A stretch of DNA of 64,000 nucleotides, from contig OZ024740.1 in NCBI GenBank assembly GCA_964016885.1, positions 128,774,001 through 128,838,000 on the forward strand, given 5' to 3'. Below are positions 1 to 13,570 of the stretch, in pieces (the first letter of the stretch is position 1; every line of letters starts with the position of its first letter). The stretch is from Eledone cirrhosa (taxonomy: Eukaryota). Under the pieces are notes generated by a model. That model was not told where the DNA came from, did not search any database, and was given only the letters and a program-made list of their open reading frames with translations. A program made the position numbers and the translations under genes.

Positions 1-1049
1 TCATAACATGTCTAATATCAAACAATTGAAAATACGTGTATGGTAGAGCATGAAAAATAGTATACGCATGTTTGCATTTAAAGTCATGTGTATGTGTGAA
101 TGTATTTACAAAACGGTATTGAATGTGAGGATGGTGTAGCTTTTATAGCTGGTTTTAGCGAAACACAGTTCATCTCACACTGAAATATCACTGCGAAATT
201 TAATTAATGAAGAGTAACTATTGGAAACCCTAATAGGGAAGTTTAGATAAATTGATTATATACATTGAAAGCGTTCTGTCAAGCACGTAACACCAAACGT
301 ACAGATAACGTTTAATTGCAAGGCACATGTCGCGCTGCAAGTTTATATATTAAATCAAAATATCTTCTCGCATATTTATAGAATTAATGAGACAAACTCA
401 CATGCCAACAGCCTTGTTCATTATTAAAAGCTTCCTCCATACATACACAACAATGCACACATATGCGTGTGTAAATGTAAAAATATGTACATAAGTATGT
501 ATATATATATATATATATGCGTGCTGCCATATGACTTTGTAAATTTCATGGCACCAGATATATTGTGTTCATATTTCACACATTAATGCACATACACACC
601 CAAACACATGTCATTAGAGGCAATCATTGCTACGTATACGCCTGAAGTCTGCGTGAGTTCTCTGCAAATGCACAGCACACTTGTATTGATATTGCTTATT
701 CAAAATCATGATTTCTCAAATGAAATAACAATTATCATACTTAAGTTTTTTCTCTAATAGTGATGTCGAGTATATTAATTCCACACAGCTATATGCGAGT
801 TGCTTTCTCGGTAATATGAGGTTAGTATATAAAGTAATATGTTTAGATTTTCCTTAGATGTTCCGAAGGCGTTGTTTGTTGGTAGAGGTACAACATACAA
901 ATAACAGGAGGACTTTACAGTATCGTACATATTGTATGTGTGTATGTGTGTTTGTGTATTCGTATGGATGTATTGATAAGTATGAATATGTAGAAGCCCA
1001 AGGATATAAAGTTATATAATATTGTGTTATATTCACACTTTTCAGTCTT

Positions 1050-3780
1050 AAATCAACTTCATCAATGAATATATGATGTTTTGTATTTCCATATCATGAT
1101 CTATTTAGCTTTTGTTAATGGTCAAAGTTTGAAAAAGCATACACTTTCTTTCTAGTCATGCTAAGAGTTCTTAGAAGTTGTAGGGACAGGTGATAGTATT
1201 TAGAGTACGTTATGCTTTTCCTGAAGTTTCAGAATTTGTAAGGTAAAGCAGAAATGTTTTAGCATTGATAACCGGTCGAACAAGCCTCAGTTGAAGCAAC
1301 ATCCTTAGTAGATATTTGCCTTCATAGTTCAATGTCGAATCTGGCTACAAAAGAGATAGTTAACGGGGATAACGCTCTCAATATTTAGGCACGATCTATG
1401 AAGCAAGAGGGAAGGTTCATATATATAAGCATATTTTTCGCTTCAACTAAGGATTCTTTGAACTATTAAAGTATATTCTGTTATACTCTCTTATATTTTC
1501 TAATACATCATTTTGTACATGTAATTCACCAATTCAATATTCTATATATTTCCGTAAATATCACAGTAATGTATTTACTCTAATCGTCTTCATATACGTT
1601 TGTTTCCAGATATCATGCTTTCATCGTAATATTTGGATGGATTATACTTGCAACGTCACTTGCAATAATGTTTTAAGAAATAGTTCTACTCTATAATATT
1701 TACTAACTTTCATAGATGAGGAAGAAACCTAAACCAACGTTTCTACTCCACGGTGTGTGGGTGTGAGTGTTTATGTCTGTCTCTGTGTATAAACGTATGT
1801 ACAGATGTATGTATATATGTATGTAGATACATAACACTAACATTTTATAAAATTATTTATGTATAATTCCTCCAAAATATACTTTATGAATCAATCCTTT
1901 TAGGAATAATATTTGTGCTAAATATCTAAGACATGTCTTCTTTTTTGTCCCATAGATAATATCGCATACATATTCGGCAACATGATAATATTTATTATAA
2001 ATGTTTTCAATTGGTTCAAAATTAGTCCCGGACATTTATGTATGCACATTTCTAATTTATGTGAATAACTATGACTAATTGCCCGCCTAAACAATTCTGA
2101 TCAATAGAAAAATCCCATGGTTTCCTTAATATAATGAATATAAAAGTGATAGGGGTGTTATGTAAATAATTTAAATAAAAGAACTGTTCAAATAAATATT
2201 ACATATAAGCGAAACAAACGGAAAATTTACTAGTAGATTATCTCCTTCACTTTCAGATAAATTAATACTAAATTTGCCCCTAGCAAGAATTAAATTCAAC
2301 ATATACAGATATAAATTAAATACGACAACAATTTTGTCTACCATTTCTACGAATTCTACTATATCCTGTGTCCTAACACAATACTGTTTCAAATTTTTTG
2401 GATATGATCTTGAGGGGAAAATCATTACTTTATATTAACCCCAGAATGCAAGTTATCATCTGCACAACTTGAATCTGGAACATACCAACTCGAACATGTT
2501 CCGTAAAACATTTTGTCTTTCATTCACATACCTCTAGTAAACCACCTCTTCTCTAACAGTGAAACAATAATAGTGACATTAAATAAAACTTTCATAATAG
2601 AATGATAAATCGTGAACAGACGTTCTGTTTCGTGAAAGATTTAAATAATAGGGAGCACCTACCGGAAAGCGAAGATTCTGACAGGTGAGGCCAATGACAT
2701 TTCAATAAGCACAATGACAAGTCAGGGAAAAAAATCAAATCCACCAGAATATGCTATATAACATTCTTTTCATTCTTTTATTCCATTTAAGATGACGAAT
2801 ATCTTTACGCTTTTTTCTCCTCGTACAGTGTTCAGAAAGACATTCGGTAAGACATTTTGACCTCTTCTTTATATTCATTGAATTTACCGAGGCGAAATCT
2901 TTAGAGAACAACCTGGTAACACGTTATATATTAAATTCACCTATAGATGACCTCGTACCAGGTCGCATTGCTATCGATTGTAATAAGCCGATATTATCAT
3001 TTATCTCCATCGCATAGATATCTTCTTCAATAGGTTTTATGATGTTTGTGTCCATCGTGGAATTCAAACTATGCATCCATAGAAAATTGCAGTCTCAATA
3101 ATCTATCTAGCAATCTCGTATTATTCAATTATTGAGGATTCCTTAATCCCCAATGCCAACACCATTGCACAACATATACACGGTTGTGTATTTGTTGGGG
3201 TGTTCTAAGTAGCACCTGCATCAATACGATAAATCATCATCAGTAGAATAATTTATAAAACTAATAGTTCGATCTTCGTCGAAGATATTGACACATTTCA
3301 GTTCTCTATATATGGTAGATTTACAGACCTTGTTGAGAACAGCTGCGTAATCGCCTTAGTAGCATTCATCATTTAGTTTATTGTTTTTAACTTGCAATCG
3401 ATTGGTCCACACGTGTCATCTGCATGTGATCGATGAAATAAATACCAGTAATATACATATCTAAATCAGTTAATACTATTGTGTTTTTAAGCGAGCCAAG
3501 CCAAAGGTCTATGCACGGGATCCTATCTAATAAATAACGCGTTGGGTTCTTCCAAAAATATTTTTATTTTTAACTCAACATGGATGTATACCACATATAA
3601 CACATCCTAACTAATAGACTAGACATCTATTCTTTCATTATGCTGACCTTTCTAAAATGGTTCTGTTTATCAGGATCGATGGTTTCGTGGCATCCAGTTA
3701 GATACTCTGATCAACAGGCATTGTTTTCTACAACAGTAAACCACTCAAAGTTACATCGGTATGTACTATTTTCTTGCAAA
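1050..3780 (-). pseudogene. Highly degenerate hAT DNA transposase relic (Buster/Charlie, ZBED5/8-like)
   Basis: Manual minus-strand translation across frameshifts gives motifs in the expected order: CLL..VSN-DATKPS (~3720-3670, cf. CLLC..LSNDAMKPS), LNNT-IAR (~3130-3105, cf. LSNNTIARRI), TVRGE..IF (~2830-2795), HC....SLAS (~2720-2685, cf. HCxxHRxALAS), SLLLFHC-EKRWFTRG (~2577-2530, cf. LLLHTEVRWLSRG) and a weak FSN.LTINKS..RS (~1135-1098). Many stops; boundaries approximate. Confidence 0.65.
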
Positions 3781-4256
3781 TTAGTTAGTGCTGAGCAATA
3801 GGCATGTTAATTAAGTCCCCGTCGTCAACCGAGGAGAGCCTACCAAACCATTGGTAGAATGCCTTATTTCAGAACAAACACTATTCCTGCAAACACATAC
3901 TGATTCTCATTAATATAGATGTTATATAAGAATTGGTTGGATAACCCTCATTTTCTCGTTTTCATTATGATATATTTAGTGCTTACATTCAAACCAAGGC
4001 TGAGTACACGATTTATCAGTACCAATTCGTGTCCAATATCTCAGCCATATTGAACAGGAACTGAGTTATTTGGATCGGGTGTAGAAATATGCTGTGATTT
4101 TAAAACCAATTAAGGGACAATAAGCACGAGAATCCAATAGCAAACAAACAGACTAACTAAATATGTAATGCCGCTATAAAGTAATACGATAGCATTTTAA
4201 CAGATATAAATGTTACTTAACACTTGTCAAATATAATGCTACACACTCACACACAC

Positions 4257-4330
<74 letters not shown>

Positions 4331-5289
4331 TGGTAGGAAATGGATGATTAGAATTAATAGCTGTATTAAATCACAACAATCTACAGGCTGTCCTCTTAAG
4401 CACAAATCCTGCTGATCAATATAATCTAAGATTATACGATGTAATAACTTATGACGTTTACACGGCTAAGACTCAACACAGATGGATGTTTCTAGAACTT
4501 GTTTCATTTTCTCTTTTACCTTAAGACATTTAAGATATGCATGTAATATAAAAAATACATTTATATATAGTATGTTGCTCATACATAAACGTTATTGCCA
4601 AACTTCCAGCCTCACTGAAGTTCTAACAAAGTTTCAATTGGCAGTGATGAATACTTTTGGAGATATTTCTAACATTTTAGATTCATGGATAGATGGTATA
4701 TCGTCATTGAGAAACATAAGTTGTTCTGTTTTCACGTTTCGGATTTATACGTCCAAAATTTAATGGCTGTCAATCCATTTCCCCCTGCTAAATATAATGG
4801 CAAGTTCCAATTTATTTTAAAATATATTTTTTCCTTTCTTCTCATCTAATCTGGTTGAAATGTCAGCATTACCTATTTATTGTTTCTCTTGATTCTTGTT
4901 GATTCGTACATGTATGTAAATATTTCACAACAATTGTGATTTCGATACATTAAGACAGAATCGATCGTCAAGTCAATGTGATAAGTTACAGCTGAACATT
5001 TCATACGTTTGAGGATTATTGAAAGTAAACAATCAAACGAAAAATGTGTGTTATATATGAAATATCTATTATTTGTATTACAGAAAATGTCGATTCATTT
5101 TCATTTCCTCACCATTTCAGCAATTTCGATCATGACTTGAAAGTTTATAGGATACAAACTCACATATTTTAGGATAAATGCAACATACTGTATAAGAATT
5201 CCCGAGTATTTATTTTCGGATAAATGGAGAACACTCAATGTGGGAGTCGGACTCCACAAAACGACGTGCATACTGTCACTCTCCTGTTC

Positions 5290-5600
5290 ATTATTTTCAA
5301 GGACAGGATTGACATGAGCAGCCGGGCTGGAAGTGGTGTCACAACTGACGGGTGGAAAATCATTCAGCTGGAATTTGAAGATTGCGTGGTTTTATTTAAC
5401 TCGACAGTAGATGATTTGCAACGTGATAGATTTGATGCCGAGTGTGGCATAGCTGGAATGAAATTCAGTGCTGCGGAAACTGAGAAATCGTCCTCTCAAG
5501 GAGACTTGCGCAATACACCCTACATGTGAATGGAGTTTCACTTAAGCAGATGGAGAAGTTCAAGTATCTCGTGGCCGTGTTCACGGGCGCTGGTCTGCAG
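5290..5600 (+). mobile_element. RTE-clade LINE fragment (RT C-terminal part), degenerate
   Basis: ORF 5224..5529 contains LEFEDCVVLFNSTVDDLQRDRFDAECGIAGMKFS (cf. LLFADDVVLL..DLQ..LDRFAAECEAAGMKIS), followed in another frame by HVNGVSLKQMEKFKYL. Confidence 0.8.
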
Positions 5601-6973
5601 GTGGCTGAATTAAGTGAAACAATTTGAGGAGCTAGAGCAAAATATTTTATGAGTTCCTGACAAAAGCTCTATAACGCTTCTTTGTCATTTTATGATATAT
5701 CAATCACCAATTTTCATGGTCAATATATTTAACCTATTGCATGTCACGACAATCTGGATTTTAACGGTAGTTAATATCAGATGTATATTTTAAGTAAATA
5801 AGAGATATAATGTTTGTATTTCGTTGTTTTTATTTTTTTTATTTATATTTAAACACATTTTTTTTCATATTTGATGTTTGTTATAAATGTTGTTTTGATA
5901 TGCTGACTTGCTGTTTTTTTAAATGGATTTCTGATAACGGTCTTTATATTCATCTCTTGCTCTCACCCTCTTTCTCTCTCTCTTCATCTCCCCCCTCTCT
6001 CTCTATATATGTGTGTGTGTGTATGTGTGTGTGTGCATTGTGAAGGGTTACTTTAGAATAGATTTTAAAAAAGAGTACTCTATGTACAGAACTAAAAATG
6101 TTAATTCAAGTCAAGACAGCGACTTTGTACGTAAGATTTCAAAACTACCACTGCATAGGTCATGGAGAAAAGATATGCCTTATTTCTTGCTTAATATTTA
6201 GGCAAGAAAAAGAAGCATCAACCAGGATTGGGGACCCAGAAAATCGACGTAAAGTTTCATTGCAATCAGGGTATATTACGTGGAATAGCTGTCAACAATT
6301 CCATCGATAAACATCAATGTACAATGACAATTTAAAATTCTGTGCGAACGCGTATAAATAGCTACTTCAAACAATGAGCATACGTACCACGCCCACATAA
6401 ATTGATAGTAGCATCTACACGCTAACTGTCACACAAATCTACTTAATTGTCTGTTATAGACTTTCATACTCAATTATTTGTAAATATGATGTTATATATG
6501 TATTAAGAATTGCATTGCTCTAATGGCCTGATTTTATTGACATGCGCATAATGATAAATATAATTTTGTAATTACACAAACTAGTCTTACCTTTATTCGT
6601 ATAACTATATTCCGCCGTGTGACACGCGATCCCATATCAAACGTTGAACGCTTCGTCTTCGTTACAACATAGTTTGTTGAGATGAGGTATATAAAACTCT
6701 GAGAAATAAGAGCTTAATAAATATCAACTATTCACACATACACGCATATATATATATATATATATTAGAAAGTGTGGTTTTTTTTACAAAATGAAAAATA
6801 ACCGAGGTATCCTACACGAGTGAAAGTATAAAGAGAAAAAGATGAAATCTAAAATGCAACTGGAGTCTTATTTAAAAAAATATATATATATTTATTTGGT
6901 TCTTTACCGGTTTCGCAGTTCTTCTCCTTTTCAAAAGTAGAGTTGAGATGGAGGGTCTGTGATTTTTCTCACA

Positions 6974-7026
<53 letters not shown>

Positions 7027-7031
<5 letters not shown>

Positions 7032-7303
7032 TAATAAGAATTCCAACTTTGTCTGATTTACTCGTTTTATTTACAATCCTTTAAAATTTATAATGGTATT
7101 ATAATGAAATTGTATGGTAGAATATTAAATGTTAAGTGTTAATTGAACAAGTACTTTCATGCTTTCGCAATCTTCAGGTTCATATTCTGTGGTGACAGCC
7201 AAGTTTGCAATTTTCAACAGTATCATTCTAATACCATTATAAATCTTAAAGCGTTGTAAATAAAACGAGTAAATCAGACAAAGTTGGAATTACATTTATT
7301 AAT
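7027..7303. mobile_element. Mini PLE-like fold-back element: ~85-bp imperfect inverted arms around a hammerhead motif, next to (TA)n
   Basis: 7027-7113 (aattccaactttgtctgatttactcgttttatttacaa) is the reverse complement of 7217-7303 (ttgtaaataaaacgagtaaatcagacaaagttggaatt). Confidence 0.65.
7144..7182 (-). ncRNA. Minimal type I hammerhead ribozyme motif
   Basis: Minus strand reads TGAAC-CTGAAGA-tTGCgaaaGCAt-GAAA-GTAC-TT-GTTCA: 5-bp stem I, canonical core, GAAA-capped stem II and palindromic stem III (AGTACT). Confidence 0.7.
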
Positions 7304-8039
7304 ATAATCTTCTATACACAATCATACACACCCGTGTATATTTATATATATATATGCGTGTATGTGTGAACATCTGATATATATATATATACTTATAAAA
7401 GGAAATTTGTTTTTAAGTTGACCGCTAATAACAATAAATAAAACTGAAAATGATTAAGGTGTTTCGTGTGATTTCAACTACCCTGACCTCCACCAGGCTC
7501 GTTGTTGACATGTTTTCTAAAGATGGATACTGTCTAACAAATATATATCCACTAAACTCGGAGGTATTTTTCGACTTGTATATCTATTTAGCTACCTAGC
7601 TTTCTGTCGATATATTTAGTTTTCTATCTAGCTATGTATCAATCTATTTATCTATCTATCCCTACAGCTATCAAGCTAAAAGCTGTCAAATATTTATTTA
7701 TATATTATTCGATATACAAACTTCACATACACCAATGTAGACAGCTACGTTAGAGCGAAGACTCTAATTATAATTATTATACAGGCTGAGCCAGTCTGAA
7801 GCTCCGTCTGCAAATGAGGTTAATCAGTCCTTACTCAGAAGAGGAAGAAACATATGTTTTCGGCTTATTTGATTTCTAGTAGAAGGCATAGAAGGTGTGA
7901 GTCACTTTGAGAACGGACAAATAGCATAGCCAGAAATAGCGTTGTCGATTGCGCCCTCTCGTTTCTACTATTCATAGTTTAATGCTTTCAAATAGTTATT
8001 CGTAAGCATATCTTATATTATTCAATATACAAATTTCAG

Positions 8040-8248
<209 letters not shown>

Positions 8249-8329
8249 CACACACCCAACCAGAAACTCACCCCAAGACACATATGTTTGTACATACACG
8301 AACATATATATATTGTATAAGTTCATTTT

Positions 8330-8630
8330 CCCATCAAAAACATCAACTTTGATGTGCTCGAGATGTTAATGTTCCGAAAAGGAGATACCATCCAATTAGG
8401 GAAGACAATATAACAACTCTGCAACAATTGTTACGACAAAAGGCTGTGCGGAACAATGCTATGAAGGTAAGGGCAAACAATAAAGAAGAGAGATTATCTC
8501 CATTGTTGTGCTTTTTCAATAATCTCCTTTTTAATTGTCTCAATATTATCAAATTCCTGCTCCCAAATCACTCTCCAAAAGGTTTACGCCGTAGGGATAG
8601 CATCATTGCCTCTCTCTTTCCATTCAATTG
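8330..8630 (-). mobile_element. Old, internally deleted R4/Dong-type retrotransposon fragment
   Basis: Minus strand gives ERGNDAIPTA*TFWRVIWEQE (cf. ERGNDLIPGAEQAKTFWRGIWEQD in the 56417 ORF), then GDNLSSLLFAL (cf. GDSLSPLLFVL). Confidence 0.7.
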
Positions 8631-9110
8631 TGTCTGTTGTGTATATTTAAGCCCGCAGGGGACCTGAACGCCAAATACGACTTACCCATTCTTGCCACTA
8701 AGAGACCCGAACTACGCTTGTCGTGCAAGGAAACGAGGGTGGTGAAGATGATGGATCTTACTGTTTAATGTGAAGCTTCTGAGAAAGCGCGTTACATCTG
8801 GGTGAGAATAAGAGATGTATGGTGCATATTGAAGTGGATGAGATATTTCGCTTCGACTCAAAACAGGAGGCACATCGAATTTCATGTTGTCCTGAGGCAT
8901 TGAGAAGGGTGGAGTCACACAATGAGATTCAAAACAGATTTCGCTGTGTTGTAGGTTTTCCTTCACCTACATCTATGTTTGGCTCCAAGTAGCTCTTTTG
9001 ACGCATGGGGAGGGCTGAAACAATTATAGGGTAGCTTCAGTGCTCGATAAGACAACGACTCCTGCATAGGGAGACGCAGTACAGACACACTAGCAGACTC
9101 ACACTCGAGT

Positions 9111-9179
<69 letters not shown>

Positions 9180-9190
9180 AACGAGTAGGG

Positions 9191-9284
9191 CCCCGACGGC
9201 TGAGCTCAAGCCGTTTCGACGTCTAATTCTGGACTAAATGAAAATGTTTATCCTGGTAAATGAATAGCCAAGCTTCTCAGGGGA
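9191..9284 (-). ncRNA. Variant hammerhead motif in the inverted pLTR (core CTGAGAA)
   Basis: Reverse-complement copy of 11218-11313: tccc-CTGAGAA-long stem II-GAAA-CGGCTtgagctcAGCCG-TC-gggg. Confidence 0.5.
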
Positions 9285-11217
9285 TAATATTCCATATATG
9301 GTAAAAGTGATTGTCACAAGCATTGGTCAAAAGTTTGTTGTTGAGACACATAATTCTATCATGGCATTTTGTGGAAGGAAGGAGTAGCTGAACTTGCCAG
9401 TAGAAGAAAGAGGGAGAGGGGGTGGAGGAAACCCAGTTGTGCGTTGAAAGTGACAACTACAGCAGAATCCTAAGGATAAGAGGTCAAGAGGGGGAGGGGG
9501 GTAGAGGAAGTCGAAAAAATAAGTAGATCTATATGGAGTAAATCTATATAGAAAAATAAGAATGTTAAAAATATAAAAAAACACACTTCCCACTACAACA
9601 CCGCTACCACAACATAATCAACAAAAATACCATCAAACTCTCCTACAGCAGCACACTTAACTTTGCACAAAACATCATCTCCTCTAACAACTAATAACTC
9701 AACACCTATGGAAGAAATAACCTAGATAGCAGTGCAGAGCCGACTAGGAGGTGTAACTGTCCTGTTGGATCCATTTGCCCCCTCGACAACAGATGCAGAG
9801 ATCGTAATGTGATCTACCAGTGCAACGTGAGGACGGACACCTCCAACAAAGCTTATATAGGATTAACCGCTTTCACTTCAAGACCTGGCTATACCAATAC
9901 AGACATACTTTCCGAAACCCGGCCCGGGCCACATCTGGGACCTCAAAGATAACAATATAACCTATAATCTCACTTGGAGCTTACTGTCCAGAGCCAACTC
10001 TTACACGGGGGGACGCCGTCCGTGTAACTTATGCGCGGAGGAAACATTACAAATGCTGTTTTCGAAGGACCAACTCCTAAACAAGAAAGACGAACTGGTA
10101 ACTGCATGCAAACACAGATTGCTTAGGACTTACCTTGCCCTCAAATCCCATAATGACCCTTGGGGTAGACAAGCGCTGTAACACCCCACTTGCCGACTTT
10201 GTTATGGGTAACCCCTGCTTACAAAGGTAGACGTAAGATTTTCTTATATATTTTTTATCGTTTCCTCTATATTTCCTTCTTCCCCCATCCCTTCTTAGTC
10301 CTTCCACCCCAGTTCTCCTTCATTGTCGTCGTTCTTTTCACCTTCTCGCCCACCCCGAGACAGCCCTTCGGTCCTCTGTAGCCTCAGTACCCCCACCCCA
10401 CCCCTATTCTATGATAGAATTGGCCGACTCCGCTTTTTATAGCAAATGTTCTAGACCCCAAATACTTGCTTTCTTATCTGATTGCTGCCCCATTGCCGTG
10501 ATTTCTAGATTTCTTAGTGGTATCTCTGCTTTAGTTTCTCGTATATCAGCATTTTCTTTTTTTTGGGGGTGGGGGGGGGGGGGGATTCTGAATTCATTTT
10601 TCGTATTCATTTTTTCATATATATCGTACGAGCATTTATGTAGTTTGCATTAGAATATATGTATTGTAGCGGTACTCTTATATATCGTATTAGTATTCAT
10701 TTTCGGGATTCTGAATTAATATTTCGTAATTTCGTATTAGTTTCGGGACTCTGATTTATTATTTCGTATTAGTCTATTTTTAGTATTTTGGCCCCCTACT
10801 TGTTGACCTGTCATTGTAAGATAGATTTGGCCGATTACTACTAACTCATAACATTCTTTCACTACAATCTCGTATTTACTATCCCGGCCTACCTATTAAA
10901 TTTTTCTATAACCAGAAATTGTGTTTTTTTAAATATTTTTAACATTCTTATTTTTCTATATAGATTTACTACATATAGATCTACTTATTGTTTCGACACA
11001 ACCCCCCCTCCCCTCTTGACCTCTTATCCTTAGGATTCTGCTGTAGTTGTCACTTTCAACGCACGACTGGGTTTCCTCCACTCCCTCTCCCTCTTTCTTC
11101 TACTGGCAAGTTCAGCTACCCCTCCCTTCCACAAAATGCCATGATAGAATTATGTGTCTCAACAACAAACTTTTGACCAATACTTGTGACAATCACTTTT
11201 ACCATATATGGAATATT

Positions 11218-11313
11218 ACCCCCTGAAAAGCTCGGATATTCATTTACCAGGATAAAAATGTTCATTTAGTCCAGAATTAGCCGTCGAAACGGCTTGAGCT
11301 CAGCCGTCGGGGT
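11218..11313 (+). ncRNA. Variant type I hammerhead motif (core CTGAAAA, long stem II region, full stem III, GUC site)
   Basis: ACCCC-CTGAAAA-~56 nt-GAAA-CGGCT tgagctc AGCCG-TC-GGGGT. Stem I is acccc/ggggt and stem III is ACGGCT/AGCCGT. Core position 8 is A rather than G. Confidence 0.55.
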
Positions 11314-11918
11314 CCTACTCGTTCCTATTACCCACTCTACTACCCTAAGTATTGAGTACTTTGGTGCGTTATGGTCCATCTGGTTCCTTACCACATTTCC
11401 TTCGTTATATATATATATACAGAGTCTGCTGAGTGAAGATGGAGAAGACCACACATCAGAATAGTACATGATGATGAGATAGATACGCAACGTGTTTGCA
11501 CATATAATCTTATATATATGTATAGGTATATGTGTGTCATACATACATTCATATGCAAATACGGCTAATCTGCCCATGCACTTAGGCGTCAGAACTAAAT
11601 GTTTCACGGATATTGAATTCCACCAGAAGGCGATGTGAGGTGTGTATTGTCTTTATAACGATTATCAATTAGAAACGATCGTCGGTAATTTCCCCTCTTG
11701 CTTTTTCTGGAATTCACTAGATTGCGCTCTGCTATTAGCTTCTAATATTCCTAGGTAAAGCCTTTCAAATTTTGATTCGTTATTAGTAAACATTTCTTAT
11801 ATAATTAGATACACGAAATACACCTACATTTATTGTTGTAGCACACACATGCATTCTCTCTCTCTCCACCCCTCTCTCTCTCTCACTCTCTCTCCCTCTA
11901 TCTATCTATTTATCTATC

Positions 11919-11990
<72 letters not shown>

Positions 11991-13269
11991 CATATGTATA
12001 TATATATATATGAACTAATTGATGTTAAAAGAATATCATTCTTGAGAACAAAACATTATGTCACCGAACGCTGCCTTGTATATATAAGATGCTTTCTGAT
12101 TGGCCAGCACTATGAGCGCGAGAGGAAAAATGTCGATTTACCCACCTTGTAATTATGATAAATACCCAGAGACAGAAATATTGCTTGTATTGTATTTATC
12201 TATGTATTGCAGTGTATTTATCTATGTATTGAGAAAAGAAACATAGTCGGTGTATATATTCTCATTCATATTCATGTGTGTGTGCCTAATTATGCAAACA
12301 GCTTCTCATATATCTTCAGGTATATAAGTGTACAGTATTAAACGCATTACCACATTTACATATACACATATACACGCTGATTGTTGCATATTCATGCACC
12401 TATTTATTTAGATATCTCATGCCATGTGATAAAAGAAATAATATTTATTATTGGATGTAGAAAAATATATGAAATGAAATTCTGTGTAAATTTACGATCT
12501 GAAAAAATACCGTTCGAATAAATCAGTTAAGAATAAAAATGTATGATCATAGTGTAAAACGTGATCGTGAATTTCGATTATATTCTGAATTTGAAAACAC
12601 AATGAATAAATTGGATCATCAAACAGCACAATCGATAAATCATCTTCAACTTGTGGGAAGAAATCTTCCAACTTATTTCCCTTACTAATGAAACTTCGTG
12701 AAAATGAATATGGTTTTGCATAAATTAAGTGTTTCTGCTGTTAATATATTCTTTGCCAATTGCATATCTATGATGCCGTCTTAATATCCGTACTTTCATA
12801 CGCGAGATCTACATGTTCTTCTTTTTCAAAATGTCTTAATTAGATAGGTTTTGTAATTTGTGGGAACATATTTATCTGTTATGTACGATCTTTGGAAAGT
12901 ATTTTCTTTTTATTTCTTTTTTCTTGTGTTACTATATGGTGAAACAGCATTTTTTCTTAGAATCATATCAGCGGTGACTTTTCAACCGTTTCGTAAATTT
13001 GAGACGAAACTGTACTTTTTATTTGTGACAGTAGGGATGGCATTTAAGAGAGATTTGTACATGTCGGTGTCCAATCAACACATGCCTTGCAAGTAAATGC
13101 TGTCATTCCCAGCTGGTAACGAGGAAGTTGCACGGTAATGAACATCTAAAACACAATTACTATGACTAATACCAATTAATTCATCATTTTATCATTTGGA
13201 TTGTTAAATCATTAAATACCATTACCACAATTTACATCATTAATAAAAAAAATGAAGGTGCATATGGTA

Positions 13270-13570
13270 GACGTTAGAGTTATGATCCCTGAGTAAGGTT
13301 TATGAGTTCCATTCCTAATTGGGTGGATTGTTGCGTACTTCAGCAATACACTTTATGTCATTTTGCTCCATTTCAATCAGCTGAATATGTGTGTTGCCTC
13401 GTCACTTGTACCATGTTGTATCGGAATTTGCCATTCCTTTGGACCAGACGTTGGTATGGGGAGGAAAAACTGGAATGCGTGAGGCCCTGCTAGTCGTTCA
13501 CAAAACCTCTTGTCTAGGCTTGACTTTATAATGGAACATTCTAGGTGTAAACATCATGGCCATTGTAAAC
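13270..13570 (+). mobile_element. Degenerate tRNA-derived SINE (second family)
   Basis: B-box-like gagttccattcc followed by the SINE-core-like segment cagcaatacactttatgtcattttgctccatttcaatcagctg. Recognised by pattern only. Confidence 0.45.

Larger units (their letters stand above)
9175..11406 (+). mobile_element. Penelope-like element, family 1: 5'-truncated, with an inverted pseudo-LTR (9175-~9590 vs ~10920-11327), inserted in (TA)n
   Basis: 9590-10140 encodes, with frameshifts, HRYHNIINKNTIKLSYSST, CNCPVGSICPLDNRC, NVIYQC...KAYIGLTA (GIY-YIG), IWDLKDNNITYNLTW and CNLCAEE...LLNKKDELVTACKHR. ORFs 9327..9593(-) and 10988..11176(+) are near-identical, which shows the ~410-bp inversion. (TA)n lies on both sides. 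Confidence 0.9.

Noticed and set aside
8380-8475. Apparent plus-strand exon ending in a GTAAGG donor
   Set aside because: The minus strand matches the Dong RT, so this is a transposon relic.
8650-9100. GC-richer segment with an 84-aa ORF
   Set aside because: No recognisable motif in the frames examined. Probably a repeat fragment but unassignable.
12070-12110. CCAAT box followed by a TATA-like sequence on the minus strand
   Set aside because: No downstream gene is evident, and such motifs are common by chance in AT-rich DNA.
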